This document shows, in pieces, positions 50,083 through 64,000 of a DNA stretch of 64,000 nt (positions within the stretch are counted from its first letter, which is position 1; every line of letters begins with the position of its first letter). Both the position numbers and the translations under genes were made by a program. The notes below the pieces were generated by a model, which was not told the origin of the DNA, ran no database searches, and worked only from the letters and a program-made list of their open reading frames with translations. This stretch comes from Camelus ferus (Eukaryota), in contig NC_045696.1 in the NCBI RefSeq assembly GCF_009834535.1, positions 103,790,001 to 103,854,000 of the forward strand. Direction: 5' to 3'.

Positions 50083-53000
50083 ATACATATATAGTACATA
50101 CTGTAAGAGAAGAAACGATGTTGAGCTGAGATGCACTGTTTCTTTGTTTTACTTTGAGGCTTATCTCAGCTACGCTCGCACGATGACATTGACATCATGG
50201 AGGTCAGGGCTGACACTGGGGTGCTATCCGTTTTATGAGTGAAATGTTTTCCGAAAATTAAATCTCATCTACTCAAACACTGAATTTCATGTCTTCTTCA
50301 ATATCACTTCCCTACCCCCGCTGCTCAAGATTGATGGGCTCTAGTTTGGCTGTACGTAATAAATCGGAATCACCTTCTGTAGAGACTCCAACACATAATT
50401 GTAGGAATTAATTTTTTAAACAAAAAAACCTTCAAGAATTCTTATGCATCCCCTTTCAATCTTTCCAATCAGCACACACACGCACACACAATTGAAGCTC
50501 AAATTGCAATGAAATGTTTAACATGTGGAATAAAAAACGTGGAAAGAGCTGCTTATTCAGGATTTTGAAGAAATGCCTAATAAGCAAAGACTGTTTTGCT
50601 ACAAAACCAGTGTCACCATGTTCCCCAAAAGAGGAAAACAGCACAGCTTGCTAGGAAAATTTCCTCCAGATCCTGCCGGCAGGTAAAAATCAGAAAAGCA
50701 TTCCATTTACCATGCTTTATAAAGCATGAAGTGTTTTATTTTTAAGGAAATAGGACAGATTCTTTTCTACTCTTTCTTCAGCTACAAAGAAACCATACCC
50801 ACCCCCACCCTTAGATCCTGGACATAAGCCAACATTTTTTTATAAAATGCTATGAGACTGATTTTGAATATATAACACGTACATTTTTCTTCTTCTTATC
50901 TCTCCAAAAGTCTTTAATTGCCTATTGCATCACTAAATATGCTAATGTTAATTTTAACACGTGCAAAAATGAATTAATCTTTTCTGGGATTGCCTCTGTC
51001 TTTTAGAAGGACTAGCTACAAATAATCAGGTTAGCAAAACATTCAAGTTCCCCAGAATTTTTTAAAAGGAGAAAATGTATTTGAACATCTTTAACTTAGG
51101 TACTAGGTTTCACAACCGTATCTTTTGTTTCTAGTTCTCATTCTATCTCCTTCCACAGAACCCAAGTGATTTTTAGCTCAGCGTGGGGAAAGTACCCAGC
51201 CCACCTCTGTCCCATACACGTTAAGGTCCCTGAGTTGGGTTGTCCAGATGGTTGGTCATACCTGAACCACACCGAGTCCTCTTCTCTTTGGAGCACATCT
51301 CTCTCCCACAACTACTCCAGAAATAAATGTGGCTCTAACGGATACAGTAGCTCCTGGTCTAACACCAACGGTGGAGCCATCTTCCCCACCCCCACGTCAC
51401 TGCTCTACAAGCTCTGGTTAGCATTGACAGCGACAGAAAATTAGAATGGAGTGTCCTTAGGCTAATTCCTCCTTTACCATGGGGGTCGAGAATTAGAGAG
51501 ACTGTAACACTGAGTTACAAGGTACTAATTTAAGATATGGTCATCTATAAAGCAGGGTCCTTAGTGTTGGGGTGGGAGGAGTAGGGGTTGGAGAAGGCTG
51601 AGGCGAACACCTAAGCATTTGATGCCCTTGGTGTCTGTTCAGATTTTCCTCATCAATAACACTTGAAAGCTAGACATTCACATTAAAATACTCACAAAAT
51701 ATTATCATGTAGGCTAAATACACACGATACGGCATCAACTCCGACCATGTAGAATGAAGTCGCTGCCCCTTCTGACTGGGATAATAAATGACAGTGACAA
51801 GGACAGTAATCCGTATCAGGCTCCCACAAGATGAGTGAATAGCGTTACGTCCTCTTTGCAGGGGCACGGTGGCGAATGTGGTCAGGTCCCCTACTGGTAC
51901 TTATAAGCCGGATGCCAGGGCAAGAGGTTTCCAAACCTCCCTGTGGGCTTCCCTGTCTACCCTCTGTCAAAACGAGCCTAAAAGCCACGTATTGGTTTAT
52001 TTTGTGATGTTCCAAAACACTCAACGAGCAAACGTAGCTCGTTTACCAAACCTGCTTGTGTTAAACAAATTTGAGCTGTAGTTGAAAGCGTTCAGATGGA
52101 TGAGCTTGTTTAGACTGACATTCTCCATGAGTAAATCCTGTTTTGCACTTAAAAAAAAAAAACCATGCTCATGCGCGAATTCCTTAAGCTTTGTCATGAT
52201 TACAAGTGGCAAGGGTATGCATTCACTTATGATTTTTAAAAATAGTGTGCTTATCAACCTCCTCAGGGCACATGCACAAATGTTAATTTAACAGACAAAT
52301 CTCTTTTCCACGATGAGAATTTTAACCTGCTTTTGCCACTTTGATGAATCAAGCACGAGGAACCCAAAATAATCTGGCAGGAGCAGGCTGGGGAAGGACA
52401 GAGCTAGCAGTGAGGGGTGCCTCTTTCATTTTGATTAACGCTCTTGCTTGCACACAGTCTCCGTCTGCAGTCTGAGCTCATTTTATTTTCAGTCCTGTGG
52501 GTTAAAGTTAAATTGCATGACTTATGCAAAGTACATAATTCAAGTATGAACAAAGCTTGACTCTCTGTTTAAAAAAAACAACAACAAAAAACCATAAAGT
52601 CAGGGCACTGAGTCCCAGAGGAATCCTTGGTTTATAAACATTTGGACTGGTTTGCACATTTCTTTGCTCCATTCACTGTATTAAAAAACTACAGTTGGTT
52701 TCCGTTTATACCTAATATAGATATTCAGCATTTGTGGGTAAGTTTATCAGGTTAGGTTATTCAAATCTCAATTTTTAAAAATAAAATGTTTATAGTAAAG
52801 TAAATGCAACAAAGAATCTAGAAAAAAGATAAAATATTTACCACATGTAATATTTTTGTTTAAATTCTTAGAATTTAAAAAGTTTAAACATTTTTATGAG
52901 GTTGGTTATTACATCTGTTTATAGTATATTCAGTCCTGGAAACAACATGGTGACTTAATTTATCAATGACTAAAAATGCCTTTGGATGATACGTTAGCTT

Positions 53001-53099
53001 AAATTTTCGGGGAAAGTCCATTGCTACTTTGAACATCTACATTTTGCCTAGAGATCTGAGCAGGAACTTCTGCTTTCTACCTTGAGCAGAGCTAAGTCT

Positions 53100-53760
53100 G
53101 TAATAGCTGCCATTTATTGAAAACCTACTACATACACAATATTTTAGCTATATTATTTAATTCTAATCCAATAATCTTGCAAAATGGATATTTGTTATTG
53201 TCAACTTTTGGTTAGGAACTAATTGAAATTACTAGTCACACAGTAAAGAGCAGAGTTAGGATTCAAACCTAAGTCCAACTAATTTCAAAGTCTGGGTCTT
53301 TCCACCAATCCTAAGGGGATAAAGCCTCCTCCATCTGTATTCTGCTCTGATGTAGTAATCTTCTGACTATGCAGACTTGTAGTGGAGGGGACCCCCACTC
53401 TCTGGAGCCAGAACTAGCCCTGTTTAGATGAACCAGCCTCAATGCCCCAGGCCCTGGGGATTGTGGGTACCAAGAATGCTGCCAACTGGAGATAGTCTGG
53501 ACCAGCAGGTGGAAAAGACTAAGAGAAGACGAATTAACTAGACCATGTTGAAAAGTCAAGGGTAGAAAGCAGAATAACAATTTTCATCAGAGATTTGTCA
53601 TAATTTGGAAATGTTTTATAAGGCGAAGTAAGTGGAAAAGCTTACATTTCCACCTGAGCAAACCACTTCACCCAATTAAGTCTTTTCATGTTACAGATGA
53701 GGAAACTGAGGCTGTGAGACATCTGGTCATTTGCCCAAGATCACACACTGAATAAGTGAA
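53100..53760 (-). mobile_element. MIR fragments (about 53100-53310 and 53680-53760)
   Basis: catttattgaaaacctacta...ggattcaaacc; ttacagatgaggaaactgaggct...ttgcccaagatcacac. Confidence 0.7.
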
Positions 53761-54461
53761 TTTGTCCATTTGCTGTATTAAAATTCTTCTACAAGCCTGC
53801 TTTTGTGAGTAAATTTGTTACCCAGTTGTGAGATTGTTCTCATCTAAATTAACAAAGAAAAATTAATGTAACAATCAAGACTGACCTGGTTTCCACTCAC
53901 AAACATTATTTTTGTCCTGAACAGGTAACCTAAGTCAGTATGATGAGTTCCTACCCCAACATATTTTAAGAATGGACTTTTGAAAAGCTTAACTTTTGAG
54001 GAAGAGATTTTCCTCAACCAGCTTTAGTGTTTCAAATGCATCGTTTTAATGATTGACTCTCAATGTTCACATCTATACATTCTGCCCCTGTTTAAGATCC
54101 CTTCCAGCTCTGAAGGTTTGTGATTCTAAAAGATCCAAGGTTGGCGAGCCCAAGAGCTGGACTCCAAGTCTCCAGCCTCCTAGTTATGTGGCCTGACAGT
54201 CTCCTTTTTGGCAGTAATTTCATATGCCAACCAGATGGCCCTCAAAGGAGGCATTCTAATCACTCCATCAGCTCCATCCTGCTCGAAATATGAGAGGAGG
54301 ATTATCTCCCTCAGTGCTTGGGAGGCAGTAGAATGAAGGGCTGGGTGAATGGAAGTGCATGAGGAGTCTGAACTCCAGGGAGCCGGCTCCAATTCTTAGA
54401 TCTAAGCTTCCTCACTTCCAACCATTAGCATCTGTGTAAGGTGTGGGCAAGGAGTACACAC

Positions 54462-54524
54462 CTTATGGCAAGGACTGGGCAGCAAGCCTTGGGGACCAAA
54501 CTGAGGTTACCCTCAAGGAAAGAG
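54462..54524 (-). other. ZBTB38: 63-nt 5'-UTR exon of ZBTB38
   Basis: Acceptor catttcccttctccctccAG|; donor AAG|GTGTGT. Confidence 0.68.
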
Positions 54525-57399
54525 CTGGAGGGAGAAGGGAAATGTGAACCATGTGGTCTTCAACAGAGAAAAGGTGCTAAGTGACTTAGGGTTGCCAGGG
54601 AGACTGTGGTGGACGACACCCACCCCACCCTAATCCAGCTCAGACTCTCCCATGGGAATATCCTCAGCGCAGCTCACCACTATTTTTGATATTACGACCT
54701 CAGCTTTAGCAGCAGAATCATCCCTGCTTTCATTGCTCATTGCATTTGAAACATGGCACTAGTAAAGACCTCACATGCCCATGGAGATCAAGAGCATTCC
54801 TGCATCCCCAATCACACGTTCACTTGCAGCCCTCGCGGCTGGCCACCCCCCAGATGGAGAGCAAATGGAACAACACAGAACAGGGTCTTCTGGTTCCTGA
54901 ATTGGCAAAATATATATTCAGCAAGAGGGCCGGTTTCTTGTTTCTAGAGAAATTGGCAGCTAGGTTGAAGAGGGAAGGGTGCGGTGTAAATAAAGGTTGA
55001 GAAGGAAGAATTCTTACAGACGGGTAAAATCTACCCCATGTGAGAGCATCATCCTCTCCTCGTATCCTTCTTCATTCTGGGCAATAACTATTCCAAGACA
55101 CCCTGGGAACAAACTCATTTGCTTTTTCTTCTCTCAGATAAATGACTTTGTAGCTCAGAAAGGTCACAACCATGAACTTCTTCTCACCAGGGCAACTTAG
55201 CAAACCTCAGTAAATCTTCACTTCCTTTGGACTGAAGATGAAAGCCCTATATGTTCCTGTTGCATTGAATTATCTACCTTGACTCACATCTCTGGCTTGC
55301 ATCCTGTGACATCTGTGTACCTGTCACGGCACCTAGAGCCTTGCCTGGTGCAATGGAGGGGCGTATGAGGACACGCTCTTGACTGACCAACATCAATTTG
55401 GGGGTCTCTTCCCTGCTCCCACCACTAGCAGTGGAAATCTTCAGCTCATGAAACCACTTCCGAAAATTAGAATTTGTTCCATAAATTGAGGAATGAACCC
55501 GCGGACTAAAAAGACCTATGGTAGTCTTTCAAGTTCTTAATCATCTGTTTACCAAGGGGGTGGGGTGGGGCACAAGTTGTCTGGTGAGCAGATCATAGGT
55601 TTTCTTTATAGCTGTCCCTCCTAGAACAGGGAGAGAGGTGACAGAAATAAGAGTGGCCTGACAACAGTACCGCTGCCTCCAAAATGTGCCTCAGCATTTC
55701 CACGGGCCCTCTGTGGCAGAGAGCATTTCACAGAATTGCAGGATGGGCAGGGCACTTTAGAAGGTGTCATCTGAATCCCTTCTGCGAGGGAGAAGAAAAT
55801 CAGATTCAAAGAGAAATTTGTATCTGAAGACCTCAGCAACCAGGATAAAAGCCATGTTCCTTAATTACTAATATTCTGTTCTTTGCAATGCAACACACAG
55901 TTTCAATTTTTGAAAATCCACCTTTCACTTAATAGGTGTCCAATAAATGGTAACAGAATAAGTGAATTAATGAATAGATTCCAGGATAGAGCATTTATGA
56001 CTTTTTTCCTAAGTCCTCTCTGCAGATGATATTATAGAACACTTGTTTAATTTTTTTAAAGCTCAAGTAATTATCATTTTAAGCAAAATAGTAAATATTA
56101 GCCAAAATATCACCTGGGACCAAGTGTCACTTGAGAAGTATCAGAGAAGTAGGCTTAATTGCTATATTAAGTCAATCAGATTAAGTTTAGCCCGCTGAAG
56201 GAGACTTTATCCTATTTGGTTTGCAAAGAGAAATCTCATGAGTTAGCATGAGCAGCTAAAAATAAGTTGCAGGTTTCATTTTCCGTTGTTCAGTATGGTT
56301 TTGAAACCAAAAGGTGCAAAACTAGGAGGTTCACCAACGCCTACTGAAGACAGGCAATTCAGATAGTCACCTTTCTGGCACACTGTCCTGACTACAGCTC
56401 ACAACCAGGCATCAGCCACGGACGCCTATGTCCCTCTCACCATGGTCTCTTGAGATGAGTCCCCCTAATAAATAAGACGTGGCAGGAAATTAGGGGCCGA
56501 GGCCAGTCCTGGGGGACAGTGGCTTGTGTGTGTGTCTTGTTATATCCGGACAGGATGCCACATAGACGTCAGCCCCATACGCAGAGCCTCAATCTTAGGT
56601 GATGCTGGGGATGGACCCCTCAGCAAAACAAGGGAGTAAATCATGCTAGAATTTCATGAAGATGGGGCCTTGAAGATAATGAACACAGCAAGTACCCCTT
56701 GGCCTGAATGCCCAGGGCCTTGTGCAATTCCATACTGCAAACTCAGATGGCTCACGATAAGTTTAATTTCAAAACTGTCTTCCCAGGGCCAAATCTGGCC
56801 AAAAGGTGTGTGAGAGAGGCAGAGATGCCTCAGAGGGAAGGCAGCCATCTCACGCTGGAGCGTTCAGCTGTGGCACAGGGCCCGGAGAGAGCAGTGCTGG
56901 TGAAAGCAAGCTCTCAGCTGACTGCGAGGGAGCAGAGAAGGGTTAATCTCCTTCCATTAGAGGAGGGGCCGTTTGGTGAAGGTGAAGAGAATAATCTGTA
57001 TGAAGAGCAGGGAAGACAAAGAGCCATTCCAGAAAAGGAATTGCTGGGCAGGGGCGAGAAAGATGATTTGTCCTAGATCTTCACCGTGAGATCATTTCTT
57101 AGATCTGAGTCTTTACATCGCTTTGAAGTTACAGACTTAGGGAAGCGGGGGATGGGGGCATATTCACACTCAGCCCTGGAAGACATGAGCTTCTTTCGAC
57201 TGGATCCCAGATGGGCTGACTCTGAGAAGCAGAGGGTGAGGCCAAAGCCACCAGGACGCCGTCGTAGAAGCCTAACCATAAATTAGACAGCGGCGAAGTA
57301 AACAATAGGGGTTGCTCATAAAAGACAAGCCAGTGGCTGAATCCTCCTTTCCTGGGGTGAGGAACAACCTCCCCCTTTTCTTTAAACTTAAAAAAAAAA

Positions 57400-58285
57400 A
57401 ACTTTTAAAAAGTTGCTTTAATAATTTTGGGAGAAATAGTTTAAGATTCACAAGAAATTGCAAAAATAGTACAGTAACTGTGTGACATCACCTAGCTCTC
57501 CAGAATGATAACATCTTATACCACTGTAGTACATTGTCTAAACTAAGAAACTAACATTGGTACAATACTCCTAACTCAGGCACAGACCCACTTGGGATTT
57601 TGCCAGTTTCTGCACGCACTGTGTGGGGGTCTGTCTGTCTGTCTAAAGTTCAATGAAATTTTATCACACCTATAGACTGGAGTGGCCATGATTATAATCA
57701 AGACACAGAACTATTTCATCACCACAAAGAAATTCCCTGTGCTGGCCCGCTACAGTCACACCTTCCCCCAACCCTAACCCCTGCCACTGATCTGTTCTCC
57801 ATCACTGTCATTTTGTCCCTTTGAGAATGTTATATAAATGGAATCATGCAGTCTGTAACCCGAGATTGGCTTTCTTTTCACCCAGCTGAATGCCCTTATG
57901 ATTCATTCCAGTTGTACGTAAAGATGTGCCTTTTCACCCTTGAATAGGAGTCCATGGTATGGATGTACCGCAGTGTGTTATCCATTCACCCACTGAGGGA
58001 CATCTGGCTGGTGTCCAGTTTTAAGCTATAACCAATAAAACTGCTATGAATATTCATGAACAGGGTTTTGTGTGAACCTACGTTTTCATTTCTCTTGGGT
58101 AAATCCCCAGGAACGGGAATGTACGGCAAGTATACCTTTAACTTTATTAAAAACTGTCAAACTGTTTTCCAGAGCAGCTGCACCATTTACTCTCCCCCCA
58201 CCATGCATGAGCGGTCGTCTCCCCACACCCTCGCCAGCATTTGGTAACGTCTTTTTATTTTAGCCATCCTGATCGACATGTAGGG
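57400..58285 (-). mobile_element. L1MB/L1MC-like 3' end
   Basis: ttttgagaatgttatataaatggaatcatgcag...tatccattcaccc...aaactgctatgaatattc...tttctcttgggtaaat...ctgttttccagag...ttttagccatcctgat. Confidence 0.88.
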
Positions 58286-60639
58286 GCTCCTTTTGATGCT
58301 GTCCAGTCAAGATGGCAGTCAAGTGTGAGGCCTTCAGAACTTGCACGGGGTGACTTCAGATCTCTCTCACCATTTTAGCTTTCCTAATACTTGCCCGGCA
58401 CTTTGTGCTGTCAGGCATTTTGATGATGGAAAAATAGGACTCTTGATATGGCGTGAGCCCCTGGGTGTGCCTGGTTGCTCCTGACTGTGGAAGTGGGACG
58501 TCACCAACTGGGAATGCTGGGCTTCTTCGAGGCAGTGCCCCTTGGCCTGGCAGGCAGACTTGACAGCAGTGACACTGGTTCCCATGGGGCAATAGGAAGG
58601 CCATGATGGGACAGCCATGGGGCAGAGACAGACTGCCCGGGCCAGGGGCCTCTGGCACTTTTGATAAGGGACTGTATTAGTGCTTTTTATTCCTAAAGTT
58701 AGTTACTTATTAGCAGGGTGTGTGTGTAGGGGTGGGGGAGGGGCAAGGAGTCAGCACAGACAGGTAGGAATGGGACCACCAGTGGCACTTGTAAGATGTC
58801 CTGGGCCCCAAAGAACACTCTTTGCCCTCAGATCTCCTACTCTGCTGACCACTCAAGACTCCCTGGCGGCATATGGACACCTTATCTGGATGTCACAGAA
58901 CTCCGATTTCCACCTCCTGGGAGTTAGATCTGGAGGCACTGCTGTCACCACCACATAGACCTTCCTAGCTTTGGGATCCAGGTCTTGCCAGCAATCAAAA
59001 CTTCATCTGAGTATCAGAAGGTGCCTCAGCCAGGGAAGTTCAGGACACCAGGGAAATGGGTTCTGTAAAGGGCCAACCTCATAGTGATGACTCAAACTGC
59101 CCCAGCCATGTCTGGAAAGTCACCCTCCATCTGTTGTAACCCTGATTCAGGGGAGGCTGTGGAGCTTCCCAGAATCCCTACTCGTCATGACCCTGGCTCC
59201 GCAAGTTTGGACCAGGAGGCCAAGCATCAGGAAGGCAGGGATCCTGTATGGGACAGCCAAAAGATGACAAAGACCAAACACAGGAGCAGGGAAGCTCAGT
59301 GATCCTTGGCAAATTCCCTTGTGCTTACACGTGCAGGATGGGTGCCAAGAAGCTGTTCCTTTGGGTTTGGGCTCTCATGCTTCTCCTGGTGCAGTCACAG
59401 GAGAAGGATGTGAACTTGGGCATGGAGGAAGCTAAATGGTGATTTATAGACGCTGACCCTGAACTGGGGACTGTGAGGGCTGAGCAGTCTGTGGAGGCTG
59501 AACTTGAAGCTGAGCTTGAGAGTCAAATGGTACAATGGCGGCCCTCCAGAAGTTGAGGTAGTAAAACCAGTGGAAGGGCAGCCACACAGTATCAGGTGAC
59601 CCATGAGTGTGGTCTTCTGGCTGTCAGCAGAGTGATGCAGACAGGATGGAGAGTCACACTTCCGCTCAGAAGGTGGTGAGGATTTTAAAATTTGGTTGTT
59701 GTTTGTTCACTGTGTTCTCTGGGGTAACAGAAATGTCCAAGTTTCCATTTTCAGGTACCTCTCCTCTGACCCATTACCCCTCGTTTGGCCAGGTGCTCCT
59801 ACTCACCTGCTGTTAGAAGGCAGCCGAGCAGACAGCACCTTCTAGATTTAATGAGGCAGGTGCAGATTGGGCAGGTACATCACCTGACCACGAAGTTGGG
59901 TAAGGGGATGTCACCCTCAAGGCTGAACCCATGGCAGCAACCCTCAGCTCTGGCTTTGACTTTTCAACGCATGCCTGTCTTGACCTAGCTTTTGCCCACA
60001 GTGTGAGTCTTGCCCTTGCCCTGTCCCTGCTCTGTTCTTTTGGCTTCTGACTCTGGACCCCACCTCCTACTCAGTTCTCATGGCATGGAGCCGAGTAGCT
60101 GCCCTATGTCCTCCTCGGTCTAGCTCCAATGTTACCCCCTCGGGGCTCAGGGCACAGAGCGGTCTCATGAAGTGACCCTCGCAGGGTCTGAGCTGCCCAC
60201 ACACATCCCAAGAGAGGCCCTGCCTACCAGAAGGCAGATCAAAGTTCCCCGGCTGAAGCAGAGGCTCATTTCAGGAGTTAGCCTTCTCACAGGTGCCTTG
60301 TCTCTGCTCCTCAGAGGTTGGGTGGATCCGGGCCCTTTGCCTTCTCAAGTTCTGCTTCTATCTCTGCCACTACATCTCTGGGTAACAACCACAAGTGAGT
60401 AAATGAACCATTCTGGGTCTCGGTTATCTCATATTTACAACAAGGTTTCCTAACTTCCCAGCTGATGATCTTTCAACTATACCACACTACGATTAAGCAA
60501 AAATCTAAAATTCAGAAGCCGAAAAGAGCCTTCAAGTTAAATTCTGGTTTACATAAACTAGCTTAGGGTCCCCTGACTTCTTTCTGTCTAATAAGTGCTG
60601 CTGAAAATGAATGTTTATTGAATTGAACACAGCATTATC

Positions 60640-61295
60640 AATAGTTCTCAGGCCTTAGGGTGCCTAAAGATTGGGAGGGTATATTAAAATGCATATTCCT
60701 AGGCCCCCTCCTCAGCGCTTTTGATACTACTGGGAACTATGAACTTGCATTTTAACATGAGAAACTGAAAGGGCTTAAGTTTTGAAACAGACATTGGTAA
60801 CTTTTTAGAGGCTAATTTATCAACATGCGTTCGGAACTTTAAAAATAGGTCATTTGACCTACTGATTCAATTCTAGGAATTTTCCCTAAGACGTCCACCA
60901 AGATTTATCTACAAGAATGTTTTCGTGTTTATAACAGCAGAACAGCAGAGGCAATAAAAATGCCCATCAAAAAAAAAAAAAATGGATAAATTAAGACATA
61001 TTAGTGCAATGGAAACACAATCATTAAAACTCAAATTTCCAAAGAGCATTCAGTGACTTGGAAAAATGTTTACAACACAATGTTAAGTGGGGTGAGAAAA
61101 AGCATATAAAAATACCATTTCAATAATGTTTAAAAGGAGAAAAGAACATGTGAAAAATTGGAAATAAATACATCAACATGTTAATGTTGAATTGTTGCGT
61201 AATTGTTGGATTACTGGAGATGGTTGTTTTCTTCTTGATATTTTTCTGTATTTTCTAGATTTTGTATAGTGACCAGTTCTGGCTCTTTTTATTTG
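60640..61295. mobile_element. MER5-like fragment followed by an L1ME-like 3' fragment
   Basis: tagttctcagg...cttgcattttaaca; then catttgacctactgattcaattctaggaatt...aaatggataaatta. Confidence 0.6.
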
Positions 61296-62963
61296 AAAAA
61301 CAGTGCTCATTTTTTTTTTTAAAGTAAAGAAAAGGAATTTCCCTCATGTGGAGTAAACACAGAGGGAAGAGAAGTCCCTTAGGAGTCCAGCCCAGCCATG
61401 GCCTGGCTGCTGAAGCAGGACTTAGAGGCGGACAGACTGGGTCCAGTGCTTGGCGTGAATTTTAAGCTACGCTCTCTTTTGCAAAGTACCTTAGTATAGC
61501 TGATGCCAAGGAATTTGGGTCAATGAGAAAGTCCTTTTCACTAGGTACTACTTTCTTGCTACATTCGAAGATAACAGACGGCAGGATCTGGGACATGGAT
61601 GGGAGTCCACAGTTTCAACAGCATCTCTACCGCTCTTGGGTTGAGCTCATGCTTGTCACCTCTGTGTATGACCCCCCACACACCCTGGCCCCACCCCACA
61701 GTACCAAGCAGACACACTGCACTCTGAGTGGGGGCTTTTGGACAGACGACAGACTCCACTCCGGCTTGGGAGACACCACCCAGGGTCAGCGCTTCCACAG
61801 AGCGATTTCAGAACCTCCTTTGGCCAGCACGCTGGGAGCCCCATCAAATGCCAGGAAGCATCTTTTCTTGGCAGAGAGATGGCTCAAATCGACCCTCCCT
61901 CACAGAGCTCAGTGAGAAGCCTCACAGTTAGGCTCCTGGCCTAGAGTCAGACCTTTCCAAATATCCTTGAAATTTTTGAACCACAGCTTTAGCTAGTTAG
62001 GAAGTGGTGCTAAGGATCTCAGATGAAAGTCCATTTAGAAAGACAAAAAAAAAAAAAAAAAGTAATAATGATACTTACAATAGTAACAGCAATATCCAAA
62101 ACACTGACCGTAACTATGGTAGTTACTTTCATCAGCACCCTGACCTGCCATACATTTTTCTAAGTCGCCCAAGCCAGTCCACATATATTACCTTACTTAT
62201 TCTAACAGAATCTCAGTTTTACATTTTTTAAAAATACTATTTTAGAGGCGGGAGGAAGCTATAAAGTTCTGATGAAAACCAGAGCTTGAGTTAAAAACAA
62301 AACCCTGAAGTCTTCAGTGTGGTGTTTTCCAACTGCGTTCTTGACAAGAAGTCAGGGGATTTCAGCATGAGAAATTACGAAGCCCCATTACCATGAATTC
62401 TTAGCTTTGGTGACTGTGACGTGGCCTGATTGTAAAATCCTCAAAAGGGAGTAACCGAACATTCATAAAGCTGACCCAGGGCAAGACGGGGCCTTGTCCT
62501 TCTGTGCCATGAAAAGCATAAAACCAACTGGTCCAGGCACTGCTTACATCAGCCAGCTGTGCCCAGACCACATCTGTGCATCAGACATCACAGGGGTGAT
62601 CTGAGCCCTGAAAAGACTATGGGGCCCCACATTTGAATTCTACCCCTCTTGTGGAATTAAGATTTTTCAAAATAACAAAATACAAAACTGTAAGTTAAGG
62701 GAGCTCAAGAAAGTCTAACTTTCCCCATGATGTCTACTTGGATGCTGTTTTGAAAATGTCAAAGATCAAAATATTTACAAAGCAGGTATTTTTTACCTAT
62801 GCCTTGCTGGTGTGTCTGTGATATGACCCAGGATGCTGTACCAACACTGTAGACAGGTTGCATTAACAGTGGTGAAATTCTGATTTGGTGGCCACACACC
62901 TCTCTCTGCCATGCTAGGCAGCTAGACATTAGAAATGAGGAGGTTGACGCCACCTCACCTCTC

Positions 62964-63447
62964 TGTAACAGGGAAGAACAAATCTGACTCCATATTGGAT
63001 CTGCTTTTTTTACTTTAACCTTCGTAGTCTATTGCTTTTACTACAAGTTAAGAATGCTGCCCATAGCCTGAAATATACAAGATAGCTCACTGTCAAGACT
63101 CTGAACTTTAAAGGTATAATACTTCTTCATTCATATAGAAATTAAAAGTTACAGAACAAATAGTGGTATTTGTCTCCTTGAAGGTTTACAGTAACATCAT
63201 GACCTGAACTACATGGACAGCTGCAAGAGCAAAGGATTCTGACACCAAGAAGTTTGCAGCAACCAACCTCCTCCTCTTTTAGTATAAAAGAAGCCTGAGT
63301 TCTAACTTGGGTAAGATGGTTCTTCGGGACAGTGGCCCACCATCCTCTTGGTCTGTTGGCTTTCTGAATAAAGTTGCTATTCCTTACCCTCAAAACTCAT
63401 CTCTCCATTTATTGGCCTGTTGTGCAGCGAGTTTGGACTTGGTAACA
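62964..63447 (+). mobile_element. ERV1 solo LTR, MER41-like (artiodactyl type)
   Basis: TGTAAC...GTAACA ends; aaatctgactccatattggatctg; tataaaag near 63283; aataaa at 63367; near-TSD tctc/cctc. Confidence 0.8.
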
Positions 63448-64000
63448 CCTCTACATGTATGTCAATTCCTGCATACTCAGTAATTTGAGGAGTCATTATC
63501 ATGTGGCTGTTGAAATTAACAAGCTGTGACTACTGAGTCTCCCCAGTGAATGGACCCTGACACTTTTCCTCCTTGACCATGGCCTTTGGCCCTGTCTTTC
63601 CTGGCAGATTCCTTTAGGCTTGAACATCCAGCAACAGATCATCCCCACCTGGCTCCAGTTTTTGAAACATGGTACTTGTTCTCAACTAACTTCTTTTGGT
63701 TGCTCCCTTTTTGCTGCTTGTAGCAGGCACTGTACCCTCCTATTCAACCTGGTCTTATCTTTAGCTTACTCTGCCAGCTCAGCTAGCTCTCACAAGACCC
63801 AAGAAAATGGACTTTCAAAGGTTGAAGCATTTTTGCAACAAATCAACCTGTTATTCTATTCCCCTCCTCCTTAGCCCACCCCTGGTGTGAGGGAACAGAG
63901 CAGAGGCCAGGGAGCAGTAATAGGAGATGAGACCAGGCTTTGGGCTCTGTGAGAGCCTGAGAGCTGTGTTAAATCAGCCAGTAGCTGGCCTTCCCACACA

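Noticed and set aside
59338..59442. Signal-peptide-like MGAKKLFLWVWALMLLLVQSQE
   Set aside because: Short ORF with no splice or homology support; likely chance
59801..59809. Strong minus-strand donor CAG|GTGAGT
   Set aside because: No convincing paired acceptor at a normal exon distance; such sites occur by chance

Overview
Mammalian genomic DNA, most likely a camelid judging by three Vic-1-type tRNA-derived SINEs. The window covers the 5' part of ZBTB38 (CIBZ), transcribed on the minus strand. The large coding exon starts exactly at its ATG (787) and runs off the left edge. Putative 5'-UTR exons, picked out by splice signals, lie at 54524-54462, 49242-49177, 35172-35068 and about 15456/15400-15305. 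A CpG island (probable internal promoter) sits at about 36.0-37.1 kb. The rest is intronic, with L1, L2, MIR, hAT-Charlie, MaLR and ERV LTR relics and microsatellites; repeat names and edges are by eye and approximate. Main oddities: (1) a +1 frameshift at 96-98 truncating ZBTB38 after residue 230 (assembly error or real allele); (2) a perfect 26-bp inverted repeat 536 bp apart in unique sequence; (3) an exon that could add a 46-aa in-frame N-terminal extension; (4) four uORFs, plus a Kozak context set by splicing; (5) a hairpin covering a 5' splice site; (6) a probable L1 3' transduction. I found no evidence for a wholly new multi-gene system; almost all other listed ORFs look like chance ORFs.
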